Source of the DNA: Candidatus Kaiserbacteria bacterium | GTDB lineage: Bacteria; Patescibacteriota; Minisyncoccia; Phycocordibacterales; JABMNX01 | Length of the DNA: 56,879 bases | NCBI GenBank assembly: GCA_016186705.1 | Contig: JACPLB010000007.1 | Span: 1-56,879 of the forward strand | Reading direction: 5' to 3' | Shown: piece by piece, positions 26,051-34,977 of the stretch | Layout of the letters: every line of letters begins with the position of its first letter | Position numbering within the stretch: position 1 is the first letter of the stretch | Program-made: the position numbers and the translations under genes | The notes under the pieces: model-generated | What the model saw: only the letters and a program-made list of their open reading frames with translations | What the model was told of the DNA's origin: nothing | Databases searched by the model: none

Positions 26051-26103
26051 GACCGCGAACCTAGACGGACCGTGCACTTATCACAGTGTCGCGGTCTTTT
26101 TTT
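26051..26103 (+). terminator. Hairpin plus T7 run after the radical SAM gene
   Basis: GACCGCGA (26051-26058) pairs with TCGCGGTC (26089-26096) and is followed by TTTTTTT (26097-26103). The loop is long (30 nt), so the strength is uncertain. Confidence 0.35.
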
Positions 26104-26123
26104 ATAAGGTTTAGATTCTAATA

Positions 26124-27101
26124 CTATATAACGTACTCATCAAGTATTGTGCGCAGATATACAATTCCGACCAATTCATCCGATGGATTTGTGACAAATA
26201 GATGAGTAACTTTATACTCTTTCATTAAATTAAGTGCTTTTTCAATAGACTCTCCTTCTGGTATCGTTCTTGGATTTCTAGTCATGACATCCTTAGCAAA
26301 TTTCCCAGTCAGTGTGGTATTTTTAATCAAAAAACGGCGCGTATCTCCGTCAGTAATGATTCCAACAAGTCTTCCATTATTGTCTAAAACACCTGCCACC
26401 CCCTTTCTTTCCCTGTCTTCCATTTCATTTAATACATCAGTCATTGGTGTCTCTTCTGTAACCAGCGGAATATCTTTCCCCACTAACATAACCTCGGATA
26501 CCTGCACTAGCTGTAATCCGAGACTTCCTCCAGGATGAAATTTCGCAAAATTCTTCTTATTGAATGAGTCCGGGGAGGTAAGGGCGGACGCGATGAGGTC
26601 GGCGATGACAAGGGACGTTGTCGTGCTCGCCATCGGCGCAAGGTTTAACGGACAGCCTTCTTCCGTAACCGGTACAAGAATGCAGGTGTTGCTTTGTTCA
26701 GCCAATGGAGAATTGCAATTGCCGGTTATTGCTATGACAGAAATTGTAAAGGTCTTTTTAAGATATGAGATAATTCTGTTTATTTCGGGAGACTTGCCTG
26801 AAAATGAAAAAGCTATGATAACGTCCCCATCCGAGACAAGTCCCGTATCGCCATGGAGCGCTTCAACCGGATGCATGAAATGCGCCGTATGTCCGAGACT
26901 CACAAGTGTCGCCGCCATCTTCATGCCTATAAAGCCCGACTTCCCGACACCAGTAACAACTATTTTGCCCTTGCGATTTTTAATTAGAAGAATTGCCCTC
27001 TCAAAATCATCACCCAAAGAGCCCTTCAAAGCATTCAGGCCTTCAATTTGTTTTTCAAGAGTATATTTGGCACGCTTATTTGCGTTTTTCATAACAAACA
27101 C
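26124..27101 (-). CDS. KpsF/GutQ-family sugar-phosphate isomerase (SIS domain + tandem CBS)
   Basis: SIS motif VVTGVGKSGFIGMKMAATLVSLGHTAHFMHPVEALHGDTG, with two C-terminal CBS modules. GTG 27101 or ATG 27092 as start. Confidence 0.85.
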   Translation of the reverse strand: MFVMKNANKRAKYTLEKQIEGLNALKGSLGDDFERAILLIKNRKGKIVVTGVGKSGFIGMKMAATLVSLGHTAHFMHPVEALHGDTGLVSDGDVIIAFSFSGKSPEINRIISYLKKTFTISVIAITGNCNSPLAEQSNTCILVPVTEEGCPLNLAPMASTTTSLVIADLIASALTSPDSFNKKNFAKFHPGGSLGLQLVQVSEVMLVGKDIPLVTEETPMTDVLNEMEDRERKGVAGVLDNNGRLVGIITDGDTRRFLIKNTTLTGKFAKDVMTRNPRTIPEGESIEKALNLMKEYKVTHLFVTNPSDELVGIVYLRTILDEYVI

Positions 27102-27137
27102 ATAGTACCATCAAAAATAGGAAGGAGAAATTGAAGG

Positions 27138-27890
27138 CTAATCTATATCCAATATATTGTTTTCTATGACAGTTACTCCCCTGCGTTGAACAACCTTTGA
27201 AGCACATTTATTTGCAAAAGCAATGGCCTTTTCTATATCTCCTATCTGGGCATATTTGACCAGCAAAGCAGCAAAAAAACTATCCCCGGCACCGGAAGTA
27301 TCCTTCACCTCCGCTTTTTTTACCGGATACACTTTATCCCGAAAGGTCGCCCCTTGATTACCTTTTGTACAAATAATTTTATCTTTAAGAGTCGGAGGGA
27401 TTAAGTGTTTTGACCTTTCATATTCATAGTTGTTAATTTTGATGAATTTTGCTTTGGTCGCCCAATCACCAAGAATCTTCTTGGTGTCCAAAAAAACATT
27501 GCTGTGATTTTCGCAGATATATTGTATATCGTCTTCTGTCAGAAAACCCTTATTATAATCGGAAATTGCAATGATATCGTGTGTAAGGGGTATTTTTCGA
27601 ACATCAACGCGGGGAATATGGTGATCTGTGTCAACTCGTAAGAATGCGTGATTACTATTATGGTGAATGTATCTCGTTTTGGTCACACACTCCCAATCAG
27701 CATTGGTCACAATATCGCATGAATCAGTAATACTTTTAACGTTACGTTCAACGTTTTTCGCCATACCAGGATTTTCTTTTTGCTCAATAATGCTCAAAAC
27801 CGGGATGGGTAAATCCGGTGCTAATCGATCAGCATTGCAATACACAAAGATATCTTTACAACTCTCCCCAATAACTAAAATTTTTTTCAT
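27138..27890 (-). CDS. PfkB-family sugar kinase resembling HldE/RfaE domain I (heptose-7-phosphate kinase-like)
   Basis: N-terminus ILVIGESCKDIFVYCNADRLAPDLPIPVL..ENPGMAKNVERNV parallels HldE domain I. C-terminal DTSGAGDSFFAALL is the PfkB signature. At 250 aa it has no adenylyltransferase domain. Confidence 0.65.
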   Translation of the reverse strand: MKKILVIGESCKDIFVYCNADRLAPDLPIPVLSIIEQKENPGMAKNVERNVKSITDSCDIVTNADWECVTKTRYIHHNSNHAFLRVDTDHHIPRVDVRKIPLTHDIIAISDYNKGFLTEDDIQYICENHSNVFLDTKKILGDWATKAKFIKINNYEYERSKHLIPPTLKDKIICTKGNQGATFRDKVYPVKKAEVKDTSGAGDSFFAALLVKYAQIGDIEKAIAFANKCASKVVQRRGVTVIENNILDID

Positions 27891-27893
27891 TAT

Positions 27894-29096
27894 TTAATAT
27901 CTACTTTTTCTCTCCACTATTATGACCGGACGCTTGGATAACTCAGCGCTCTTAAATGCTTTCAAAACATCAACCCCCGTGAGAGGGTCGAATACGGAAA
28001 AGCTCACCAACGCCTTAAAAGCATCAGTGAGGTCTTGGGAGTGCGTGGGTCCTGAATAAAAAGGACCAGCGTCTGCCGTTATTGCTCTTATTATGACTGG
28101 TACTGTATATTCCCCATGAGAAATTCTCTCAATCTTATCAATATGATTCACAATTGCATCAGCGGCAACTAACATAAAGTCATGTCGCTCAAAGTAAATA
28201 ACAGGAGTAAATCCTTCAAAGGACATCCCTATAGCGAGCCCCGACATGAGATTCTCTGCTACTGGCGTCTCTATCTTCTGTTCTTCAGAAACATTCTTTA
28301 GTGTACCCATGGCATCCCCCCGCCTGACATTGTATCCGATAAAAATAGCTCCGGCTTTCCCGAGCTCTGTCATGGATTGAATCACAGCGTCTTTATAAGT
28401 AATTTCCAATTTATCTAATTCTTCAAAAGAGCGAGATGTTTCTGGTTTTAATAAGGGGAAATACTCTTCATCCGTCTTCTTTACCGCTTTCGATAAGTCA
28501 ATCATTCCAGGCTTTCTTGCATGAGGGTATGTGATATCGTAGTGGTATTTAATTACTGATGGAGAACCCCATTTGTAGTCTGCTGTTTTACCCCACCGTT
28601 CCTCATTTGTCGCTTCGACAGACCTATTATTGTTTTCAATAACAAAAGTACAAGGGAGTTCAAATCCATCAACATATCGAACGGCTTCAAAAAGATGGCC
28701 TGAATCTTCTGTGCCATCGCCAACAAAACACCAGACTCTTTGTTTCGATTTCTTTCTTTTTAACGCCAAAGCTATACCGGCCGCTATCGCTGGGGTACCG
28801 CCAATAATAGCCGAACAGAAGAAATTTCTTTTTCTATCGTAAATAAACATACTTCTTCCTTCTAGTATTCTTTTTTTTACCACTTCTGGCGGTATGCCAT
28901 GTAAAAGAGCGTGGTAGTGACTTCTGTGGCTTGAAATAACATAATCACCTTCTTTAATATCTTTAAAAATATCGATTAATTGTTCTTCGTTACCACCGGA
29001 TAAATGAAACAGGAACGGCAACTTATTATCCATGTATAGATCTCCAATCTCATTTTCAAAGGTAATCAGCTCTTCTTTTGTCCATTGTTTCCTCAT
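27894..29096 (-). CDS. Compact fused thiamine-diphosphate enzyme (E1-alpha-like PP domain + E1-beta/transketolase-like Pyr domain)
   Basis: GDG-x26-NNN (VGDGTEDSGHLFEAVRYVDGFELPCTFVIENNN) in the N-terminal half, and ETPVAENLMSGLAIGMSFEGFTPVIYF in the C-terminal half. Only 400 aa in total. Confidence 0.7.
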   Translation of the reverse strand: MRKQWTKEELITFENEIGDLYMDNKLPFLFHLSGGNEEQLIDIFKDIKEGDYVISSHRSHYHALLHGIPPEVVKKRILEGRSMFIYDRKRNFFCSAIIGGTPAIAAGIALALKRKKSKQRVWCFVGDGTEDSGHLFEAVRYVDGFELPCTFVIENNNRSVEATNEERWGKTADYKWGSPSVIKYHYDITYPHARKPGMIDLSKAVKKTDEEYFPLLKPETSRSFEELDKLEITYKDAVIQSMTELGKAGAIFIGYNVRRGDAMGTLKNVSEEQKIETPVAENLMSGLAIGMSFEGFTPVIYFERHDFMLVAADAIVNHIDKIERISHGEYTVPVIIRAITADAGPFYSGPTHSQDLTDAFKALVSFSVFDPLTGVDVLKAFKSAELSKRPVIIVERKSRY

Positions 29097-29101
29097 AAAA
29101 A

Positions 29102-30136
29102 TTACATGATTATCAATATTCGACTTGCTTGTCCTGCACGAACCAAGTCAATGGCCTTGTTAATATCCTCAAGTTTCATACGATGAGTGATGATACCATC
29201 AACCTTAAGAATGCCAGCTTTGGAAAGTCTGACGTAACGAGGGATGTCTTTACTGGGAGAAAATTTGCCGCCCTGAGTTGCTTTAAGCGATTTTCCTTCA
29301 CCAAGGAAAAAATGATTAGCATTATGAAGTTCAATTGATTCGCCGGGACGGGGCTGTCCAACTAAGATATATCGACCAGTTCCGGAAAGGAATTGGATAG
29401 TCCCTTCTAGACTTTTTTTATTACCAGAGGTGTCAATAATGACATCAATATCTTGTATACCAAATTTTTTTTGAATAGACTCTTGTATTTTCTCTTTTTT
29501 ACAATTTATGTATAGATGCGCACCTAAAGTCTCCGCTAACTTTTTTTTATTATCATTAATATCAATGGAAATAATGGGATATGCACTTGCAAGCGTCGCG
29601 GCAACTATAAGGTTGATCCCCAGTCCTCCAGCACCAATTATCATGACACTTTCTCCGAATTTCACTTGTGCTTCGTCGTTAATGGTCCCCAGTGCCGTTG
29701 AAAGCCCGCACCCAAGAAGCGCACAGAGGTCTTCTGGAGTATTTTGAGGTACGGGAGTAAGACGGTTTTCTGAAGCTATAGAGTACTCACTGAATGTGGT
29801 GACTTTCCCACTTCTGATTTTCTTACCTTTATATATATATGTGGGAAAATCTGATTCAATACCGTCTCCCTTTCGCCAATGCATAATGACCTTATCACCC
29901 TTTTTCACTTTGGTGACACCTATACCTACATTTTCAACAATTCCACAACCTTCGTGCCCTAAAAGATGAGGAACAAAAGCGGCATTATTTTTATAACCCG
30001 CTATTTCTTGCAGTTGCGCTCCACAAATCCCGCTTACCAGAACCTTTACCAAAACCTGACCAAAAGACAAATCAGTTAATTCTACATTTCCAATGACTAA
30101 CGGGGCATCTATTTTTTCTAAGACAGCGGATTTCAT
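29102..30136 (-). CDS. Zinc-dependent medium-chain alcohol/polyol dehydrogenase
   Basis: GHEGCGIVENVG zinc motif, the structural-zinc region and a Rossmann IIGAGGLG. Confidence 0.85.
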   Translation of the reverse strand: MKSAVLEKIDAPLVIGNVELTDLSFGQVLVKVLVSGICGAQLQEIAGYKNNAAFVPHLLGHEGCGIVENVGIGVTKVKKGDKVIMHWRKGDGIESDFPTYIYKGKKIRSGKVTTFSEYSIASENRLTPVPQNTPEDLCALLGCGLSTALGTINDEAQVKFGESVMIIGAGGLGINLIVAATLASAYPIISIDINDNKKKLAETLGAHLYINCKKEKIQESIQKKFGIQDIDVIIDTSGNKKSLEGTIQFLSGTGRYILVGQPRPGESIELHNANHFFLGEGKSLKATQGGKFSPSKDIPRYVRLSKAGILKVDGIITHRMKLEDINKAIDLVRAGQASRILIIM

Positions 30137-30192
30137 CTTATTATGTATATATTGAAAATACGGGTGTGTCTAGTTATGTCAGCCGCTTAGTA

Positions 30193-31329
30193 TTACTTTA
30201 TGAGGGGGTATAATTCTTCAAAAGCCTGGAGGACCATTTCGGGGGTTATTGACTCAACCTCTCTTCTTACTTCATCGAAATCATAATTACGTACGTTCAT
30301 TGCAAAGAGGAGTTTTTTTCCGCTCTTTGGGACGACATTTTTATGAATTGCGCCCTGTGGCGGCTGTTCATTAACGTCAATTGGTCCTGCAATATCAATT
30401 GTAGCTACTCCAAATGCTTCTGCGATATAAATAGGTCCCGTATCAACAGAGATAAACAGATCGAGTCTGGAAATTATAGCTTTTAATTCATCGACGCTTA
30501 ATTCTCCAACTGTATTAATGACTTCTGTATTATCATTCAAAGCGTTTTGCATCGCATCTCCCTCTTTCTTGTCTTGTGGACCCCCAATAACAATGATTTT
30601 TGCTTGGTATGTTTTGTATAAATAATCCGCTACTTTTGCGAACTGATTTGCCGACCATTGTTTTGTCCGATGTCCCGCTGTCGGTGAAATACCGACTACC
30701 AAGTCTTTTTTGAGAATATTGTGAGGAGAGAAAAGAGTATCAATTTTTTTCTTTGCGTTATCTGTAAAATAAAGATATTTTTTTGTTTTTTCTGACATGA
30801 TTCCAGCTGGCTCCAAAAGGCAGAGGAGTGCCCGTGGGACATAGGTGCCAAATGTATACGGAATAGAGTGTACAAATCGCTGTAGTAGCGTATAGGTGCG
30901 TGTTTCGGTAGTAATACCTCCAGACACCTTGAAGGCAGAGATGGAACGAGCTCCGGAAAAAATAGCCATGAGTAGACTTGTGAAATCCGGTCCGGTAATG
31001 CAGACAAAATCAGGTTGTTCTTTTCGTATTCGACGCACGGTCGAGAAGAAGTCTTTTTTATTGCACGCAAAGTATGTATCAACATCAGGATTTCCGGCAA
31101 GAACTTGTTCATTGATTACATCACCGACCACAAGCACTTTCGTTTGCGGAAACGTTTTCTTAATAGCTCTGAACATTGGCGTTGTACACACCATGTCACC
31201 TAGCTTCGAAAGTTGCACGATAAGAATTTTTTTTGGATTCTTTACTTTTTGTTTCCGATCCAACAGCACAACAAGGAAAAACGCCCATGTAAAAAGAAGA
31301 AGATTTCGCATTTGGGATATACTTTTCAT
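30193..31329 (-). CDS. Glycosyltransferase family 9 (heptosyltransferase-like)
   Basis: ILIVQLSKLGDMVCTTPMFRAIKKTFP.., VVGISPTAGHRTKQWSANQF and LFISVDTGPIYIAEAFGV are typical of the RfaF/RfaC family. Confidence 0.8.
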   Translation of the reverse strand: MKSISQMRNLLLFTWAFFLVVLLDRKQKVKNPKKILIVQLSKLGDMVCTTPMFRAIKKTFPQTKVLVVGDVINEQVLAGNPDVDTYFACNKKDFFSTVRRIRKEQPDFVCITGPDFTSLLMAIFSGARSISAFKVSGGITTETRTYTLLQRFVHSIPYTFGTYVPRALLCLLEPAGIMSEKTKKYLYFTDNAKKKIDTLFSPHNILKKDLVVGISPTAGHRTKQWSANQFAKVADYLYKTYQAKIIVIGGPQDKKEGDAMQNALNDNTEVINTVGELSVDELKAIISRLDLFISVDTGPIYIAEAFGVATIDIAGPIDVNEQPPQGAIHKNVVPKSGKKLLFAMNVRNYDFDEVRREVESITPEMVLQAFEELYPLIK

Positions 31330-31353
31330 AATCGTCGAGATTAGCTTAAAAAG

Positions 31354-32634
31354 CTACGAGAGTAGCTTTTCTTCCTTTTTCGTCACCACGTGTGTGTATG
31401 GCATAGGAAAAAGAAGTTTACCTCCACGGTTAAGGTATTCGATCTCTCGTTTAACAATTTCTTTCTTGAAATACCATGGCAAGACAAGTTTACAACTGGG
31501 ATTTAGCTTAAGTGATTTTTCGTCAGAAATAAGCTCAATGTCTGTCCCAAGAGTTCTAAGTCCGATTTTTTCTGGGTTTATTTCTGTAATAAACGGCAAT
31601 ATTTCTTTTGTTATCCCAAAGAGTTGTAAAAGTACGTTACCTTTTGTTGAAGCGCCAAGACCAACAACTAACTTACCTATTTTAATTTCATCAAGTATGT
31701 AGTTGCGCACAATTTTTGCAAGTGCTCGTATTTTCTCATCAAACTGCACGTAAATTCGCGCATTAAAAAGATCCATGGACTTCTCTTCTTTAAGAAGTTT
31801 TTTTAAATTCTCTGACACAGCAGGCGCAGTTGAAGTATGTGTGATAAAAACTAGAACACTCCCGCCGTTCACGGCGTTAGTCTCGGCATCGAAAATTGTG
31901 AGTCCGTGGCGTATCATGAGATTTTCAAGTGTTTCAAGAGAATAATATTCAAGATGCTCATGGCAGATGTCGTAAAAATTCATATTTTTAAGCATTGAAA
32001 CAAGGTAACTTAATTGGATACACCACACACCATTGGGGGCAAGAAGTGATTTTATTTCGGCAACAAATGTGTTAGGGTCATCTAAATCATAGAACATAGC
32101 GCAAGAGGTAAATATACTTACCTGCCTCCCGCTAAGAATATCTGCGACGGCTTTCTTAGAGAAGTAGTCGTTTACCACTCGCAACGAAGAGTCTATTCCC
32201 CCCCAGGATATGTTCTTTGCCGGCTCAACCCCTATCCGGTCAAGATGTGAGGGGAAATAAGAAAGCATTGTACAATCGTTTGCCCCGATATCGACAACTA
32301 CATCACCAGGATTCGTTTTTACACGCTTAAGAGCTTCGTCAACAACATACTTTAAATCTTTGCGCATTGTGGAATTAGTCGCGGAACGATAAAAGTAATT
32401 GCTATAGAGTAAGTCGTGGTCAGTAGTTTCCTTAAGTTGCAGCAAGCCGCAACCTTTTTGATTTTTACTACGATCACAAAGCATTACAGTAAGCGGCACT
32501 TTTATCTTGGAAAGTTCGTTGTTTTCATTTGTCGACACGAATGTTGGTGAGAGAAACTGACTCGGAAAAGAAACAACGGCAGTAAGAGCTTCTGAACCGC
32601 ATATCCTGCATTTTGTTATGGATTTGTAGTACAT
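31354..32634 (-). CDS. SAM-dependent C-methyltransferase-type enzyme (NDP-hexose C-methyltransferase-like) with N-terminal Zn-ribbon
   Basis: CRICGS..(40 aa)..C-x8-C zinc-ribbon pattern, SAM motif VVVDIGANDCTML, and a C-terminal domain as in TylCIII-like sugar C-methyltransferases. Confidence 0.7.
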   Translation of the reverse strand: MYYKSITKCRICGSEALTAVVSFPSQFLSPTFVSTNENNELSKIKVPLTVMLCDRSKNQKGCGLLQLKETTDHDLLYSNYFYRSATNSTMRKDLKYVVDEALKRVKTNPGDVVVDIGANDCTMLSYFPSHLDRIGVEPAKNISWGGIDSSLRVVNDYFSKKAVADILSGRQVSIFTSCAMFYDLDDPNTFVAEIKSLLAPNGVWCIQLSYLVSMLKNMNFYDICHEHLEYYSLETLENLMIRHGLTIFDAETNAVNGGSVLVFITHTSTAPAVSENLKKLLKEEKSMDLFNARIYVQFDEKIRALAKIVRNYILDEIKIGKLVVGLGASTKGNVLLQLFGITKEILPFITEINPEKIGLRTLGTDIELISDEKSLKLNPSCKLVLPWYFKKEIVKREIEYLNRGGKLLFPMPYTHVVTKKEEKLLS

Positions 32635-32658
32635 CTTATTATTATGAGAAATTATGCC

Positions 32659-33339
32659 TTAGCTTTTGGGAGGTTTCTGGAAGAATTCCCTCAGTATGAC
32701 GGTCAGAATCTCAAGCCCAGTTTTAAATGGGAGCATTTTACGTTTTCCACCAATACGCTTCGGTTCATCCGCGCCAATTTCTCCGACTTTGTAACCATGT
32801 GTCGCAAAACGAATAGAACTTTGGATGACCCAAGCAAGATGCGGCTCATTAAGTTTTAATGTTCTATAGGCGCTTTTCCGGTAACCACGAAAACCTACGA
32901 GAACATCTGTGTATGTGGTGTTAAAAAGAAAGTTCGTCAGCTTAGTAAAGCACCAATTACCAAGAGCGGTAAGTGTATCATCATCATAACTTTTTGCTCC
33001 GTCGCGGTAACGAGAAGCAATAATTAAATCTAATCCCTGTTCAATCTTTTCCACCATTACAGGAATCTTCTCCGAAGGCGAACTGCCATCAGGGGGAAAG
33101 TCGATGAGAATATCCCCAGACGCCCGCTCTACTGCTTCCCGGATTGCATTCCCATATCCTGGGTTTTTTTGGATAAAAATGGTATACCCATGACTTTTAC
33201 ACCATTCAATAGTGCCGTCTTTTGAATTGTTGTCAACAATAATAATCTTATCGACTCCTTGTAGGTCTCTAAGCTTAGGCAATATATGCGGAATGCACTC
33301 AATCTCGTTAAAGGTTGGTACAATAACGGTAGTTGTCAT
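32659..33339 (-). CDS. GT2 glycosyltransferase (polyprenol-phosphate sugar synthase-like, DPM1-type)
   Basis: VIVPTFNEIECIPHILPKL..IIIVDNNSKDGT, and a DxD-like region DILIDFPPDGS. 226 aa. Confidence 0.8.
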   Translation of the reverse strand: MTTTVIVPTFNEIECIPHILPKLRDLQGVDKIIIVDNNSKDGTIEWCKSHGYTIFIQKNPGYGNAIREAVERASGDILIDFPPDGSSPSEKIPVMVEKIEQGLDLIIASRYRDGAKSYDDDTLTALGNWCFTKLTNFLFNTTYTDVLVGFRGYRKSAYRTLKLNEPHLAWVIQSSIRFATHGYKVGEIGADEPKRIGGKRKMLPFKTGLEILTVILREFFQKPPKS

Positions 33340-33468
33340 ACAATCTTAAAGTAAATTTCTAACATCTGTTATGGAGTCGATATTCTTGAAATGAGTCTCT
33401 CCATTTAATAAATAATAAAAGCGAATACTGGTTTCTGGTATACTATCAACAATTAACTAATCTACCAA

Positions 33469-34977
33469 ATGTGCTTGTTTAATACAATTTTCAAAGAGAA
33501 CATGCTGAATCAGCATGAATCCAGAAAAAAATACTCTTTTGCCATCGTATTTATTCTCATTATCGCGTACTTTATAAGTGGATGGTACTTTGCGTTTATA
33601 GAAACTAAGACGTTTGATGAAACGTACGGTTTTCCTGTACTTAACGGCGGTGATTCATTACAATACGCTTTACTTGCGGAACACCTCATAGAATTTAAAG
33701 CCTACACGTCAAGTGAAACAAGTCCCTATGTCCCGGAAATACTTAGAAGTCCCGGGTATTCGTTTTTTCTTACTCCTTTTAAATATATATTTGATAGTTT
33801 TGTACCAGTTATTTTTGCACAAGCGCTACTGGTCATTATAAGCGCACTCATTATCTACGACATAGGAAGAAAACTCTTTTCTGAAAAAATCGGGGTGGGA
33901 GCGGCGCTTATATTCGGACTTGAACCCTCAACAATTTTCTACACGTTCACTATCTTGAGTGATATTTTATTTGTATTTCTGTTTCTTACGGCAATATATA
34001 TATTATTTTTCTGCATACAACCTTCATTGTCTCGCCTGTATGGATATACATTTTTAGGAATGTTGCTTTTAGGATACGCAACGCTTGTACGACCGTCTGG
34101 TCTTTACAGTATCGGTATTATTCTCTTTTTTATAATGATTCATTATATAAAAAGTATCGGGTTAAAAAAAACCGTCATATTAACACTCTTTTCCGCCGTT
34201 ATATACGCATCAGTACTTACTCCGTGGTACATACGAAATCATAAGTACTCGGGTGCATACACCCTCTCTCCTATTGGTCCATACACTATTCTTTTTTATA
34301 ATGTCGCCGGCTTTCTTGGATATAAAAGTGGGACAAATGCTGATAAAGTAAAGGAGGAGCTTCGCCGTGAAGAATTTCCCAATGCAGATATTCAAACCCT
34401 TCAAAGCGGACGTTATACAAAACAAATAACGAACGCTGCTGTTAAGTATGTGTCTGCAGACCCAGTCGGTTATTTTCTCTACCACGGGTTAGGAAGTATT
34501 AATTTCTTTATCGCGAGTAGTTTAAAGGATGTTTCTAACGAATCTCTCGTCTTTAGAAAATTTCTCTTCTCCACTCTACTTCTTAATAAAAACAACGTGA
34601 GCATAAAAGAATACTTGAATGAAGGCGGCATACTTAAAGGAGCGTTTACTCTATTTAAAACCGAGCCCTTATTCACCTTCGAGAGATTGGCATGGCTCTT
34701 TTTGTCCATACTTGCCTTGATAGCTCCAATATTATTCTGGAAGGTACCAGAGAAACGCGTACAAATCTTGCTATTTTTCTTTTTGACAGTTTATTTTGCT
34801 CTTATATTCGGACCGGTATCGTATCCTCGCTATAGAATTGCCGCTGAGCCACTTTTGATGTTACTTGCAGGAGGTAGTACGTGGCTTCTGTATCCAATAC
34901 TGCAAAGGGGGGTGTCCCGGTTAAAGTTGCTTATACGGTCAGCAACAAATTTCTATTTACGCCACAAGCAGATGTGA
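33469..34977 (+). CDS. GT-C fold membrane glycosyltransferase (ArnT/PMT-like, GT39/GT83-like)
   Basis: 502 aa with >=10 TM segments and an early extracytoplasmic loop holding acidic residues (FDETYGFPVLNGGDSLQYALLAEH). ATG 33502 is an alternative start. The 3' end overlaps the convergent gene by 21 nt. Confidence 0.65.
   Translation: MCLFNTIFKENMLNQHESRKKYSFAIVFILIIAYFISGWYFAFIETKTFDETYGFPVLNGGDSLQYALLAEHLIEFKAYTSSETSPYVPEILRSPGYSFFLTPFKYIFDSFVPVIFAQALLVIISALIIYDIGRKLFSEKIGVGAALIFGLEPSTIFYTFTILSDILFVFLFLTAIYILFFCIQPSLSRLYGYTFLGMLLLGYATLVRPSGLYSIGIILFFIMIHYIKSIGLKKTVILTLFSAVIYASVLTPWYIRNHKYSGAYTLSPIGPYTILFYNVAGFLGYKSGTNADKVKEELRREEFPNADIQTLQSGRYTKQITNAAVKYVSADPVGYFLYHGLGSINFFIASSLKDVSNESLVFRKFLFSTLLLNKNNVSIKEYLNEGGILKGAFTLFKTEPLFTFERLAWLFLSILALIAPILFWKVPEKRVQILLFFFLTVYFALIFGPVSYPRYRIAAEPLLMLLAGGSTWLLYPILQRGVSRLKLLIRSATNFYLRHKQM

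Noticed and set aside
26560-27105. A 181-aa plus-strand ORF
   Set aside because: It is antisense to the clearly recognisable KpsF/GutQ gene and has no motif of its own.
30896-31702. A 268-aa plus-strand ORF
   Set aside because: It runs antisense across the boundary of two well-supported minus-strand genes (GT9 and the C-methyltransferase). Its translation is low-complexity and Ser/Phe-rich with no recognisable motif.
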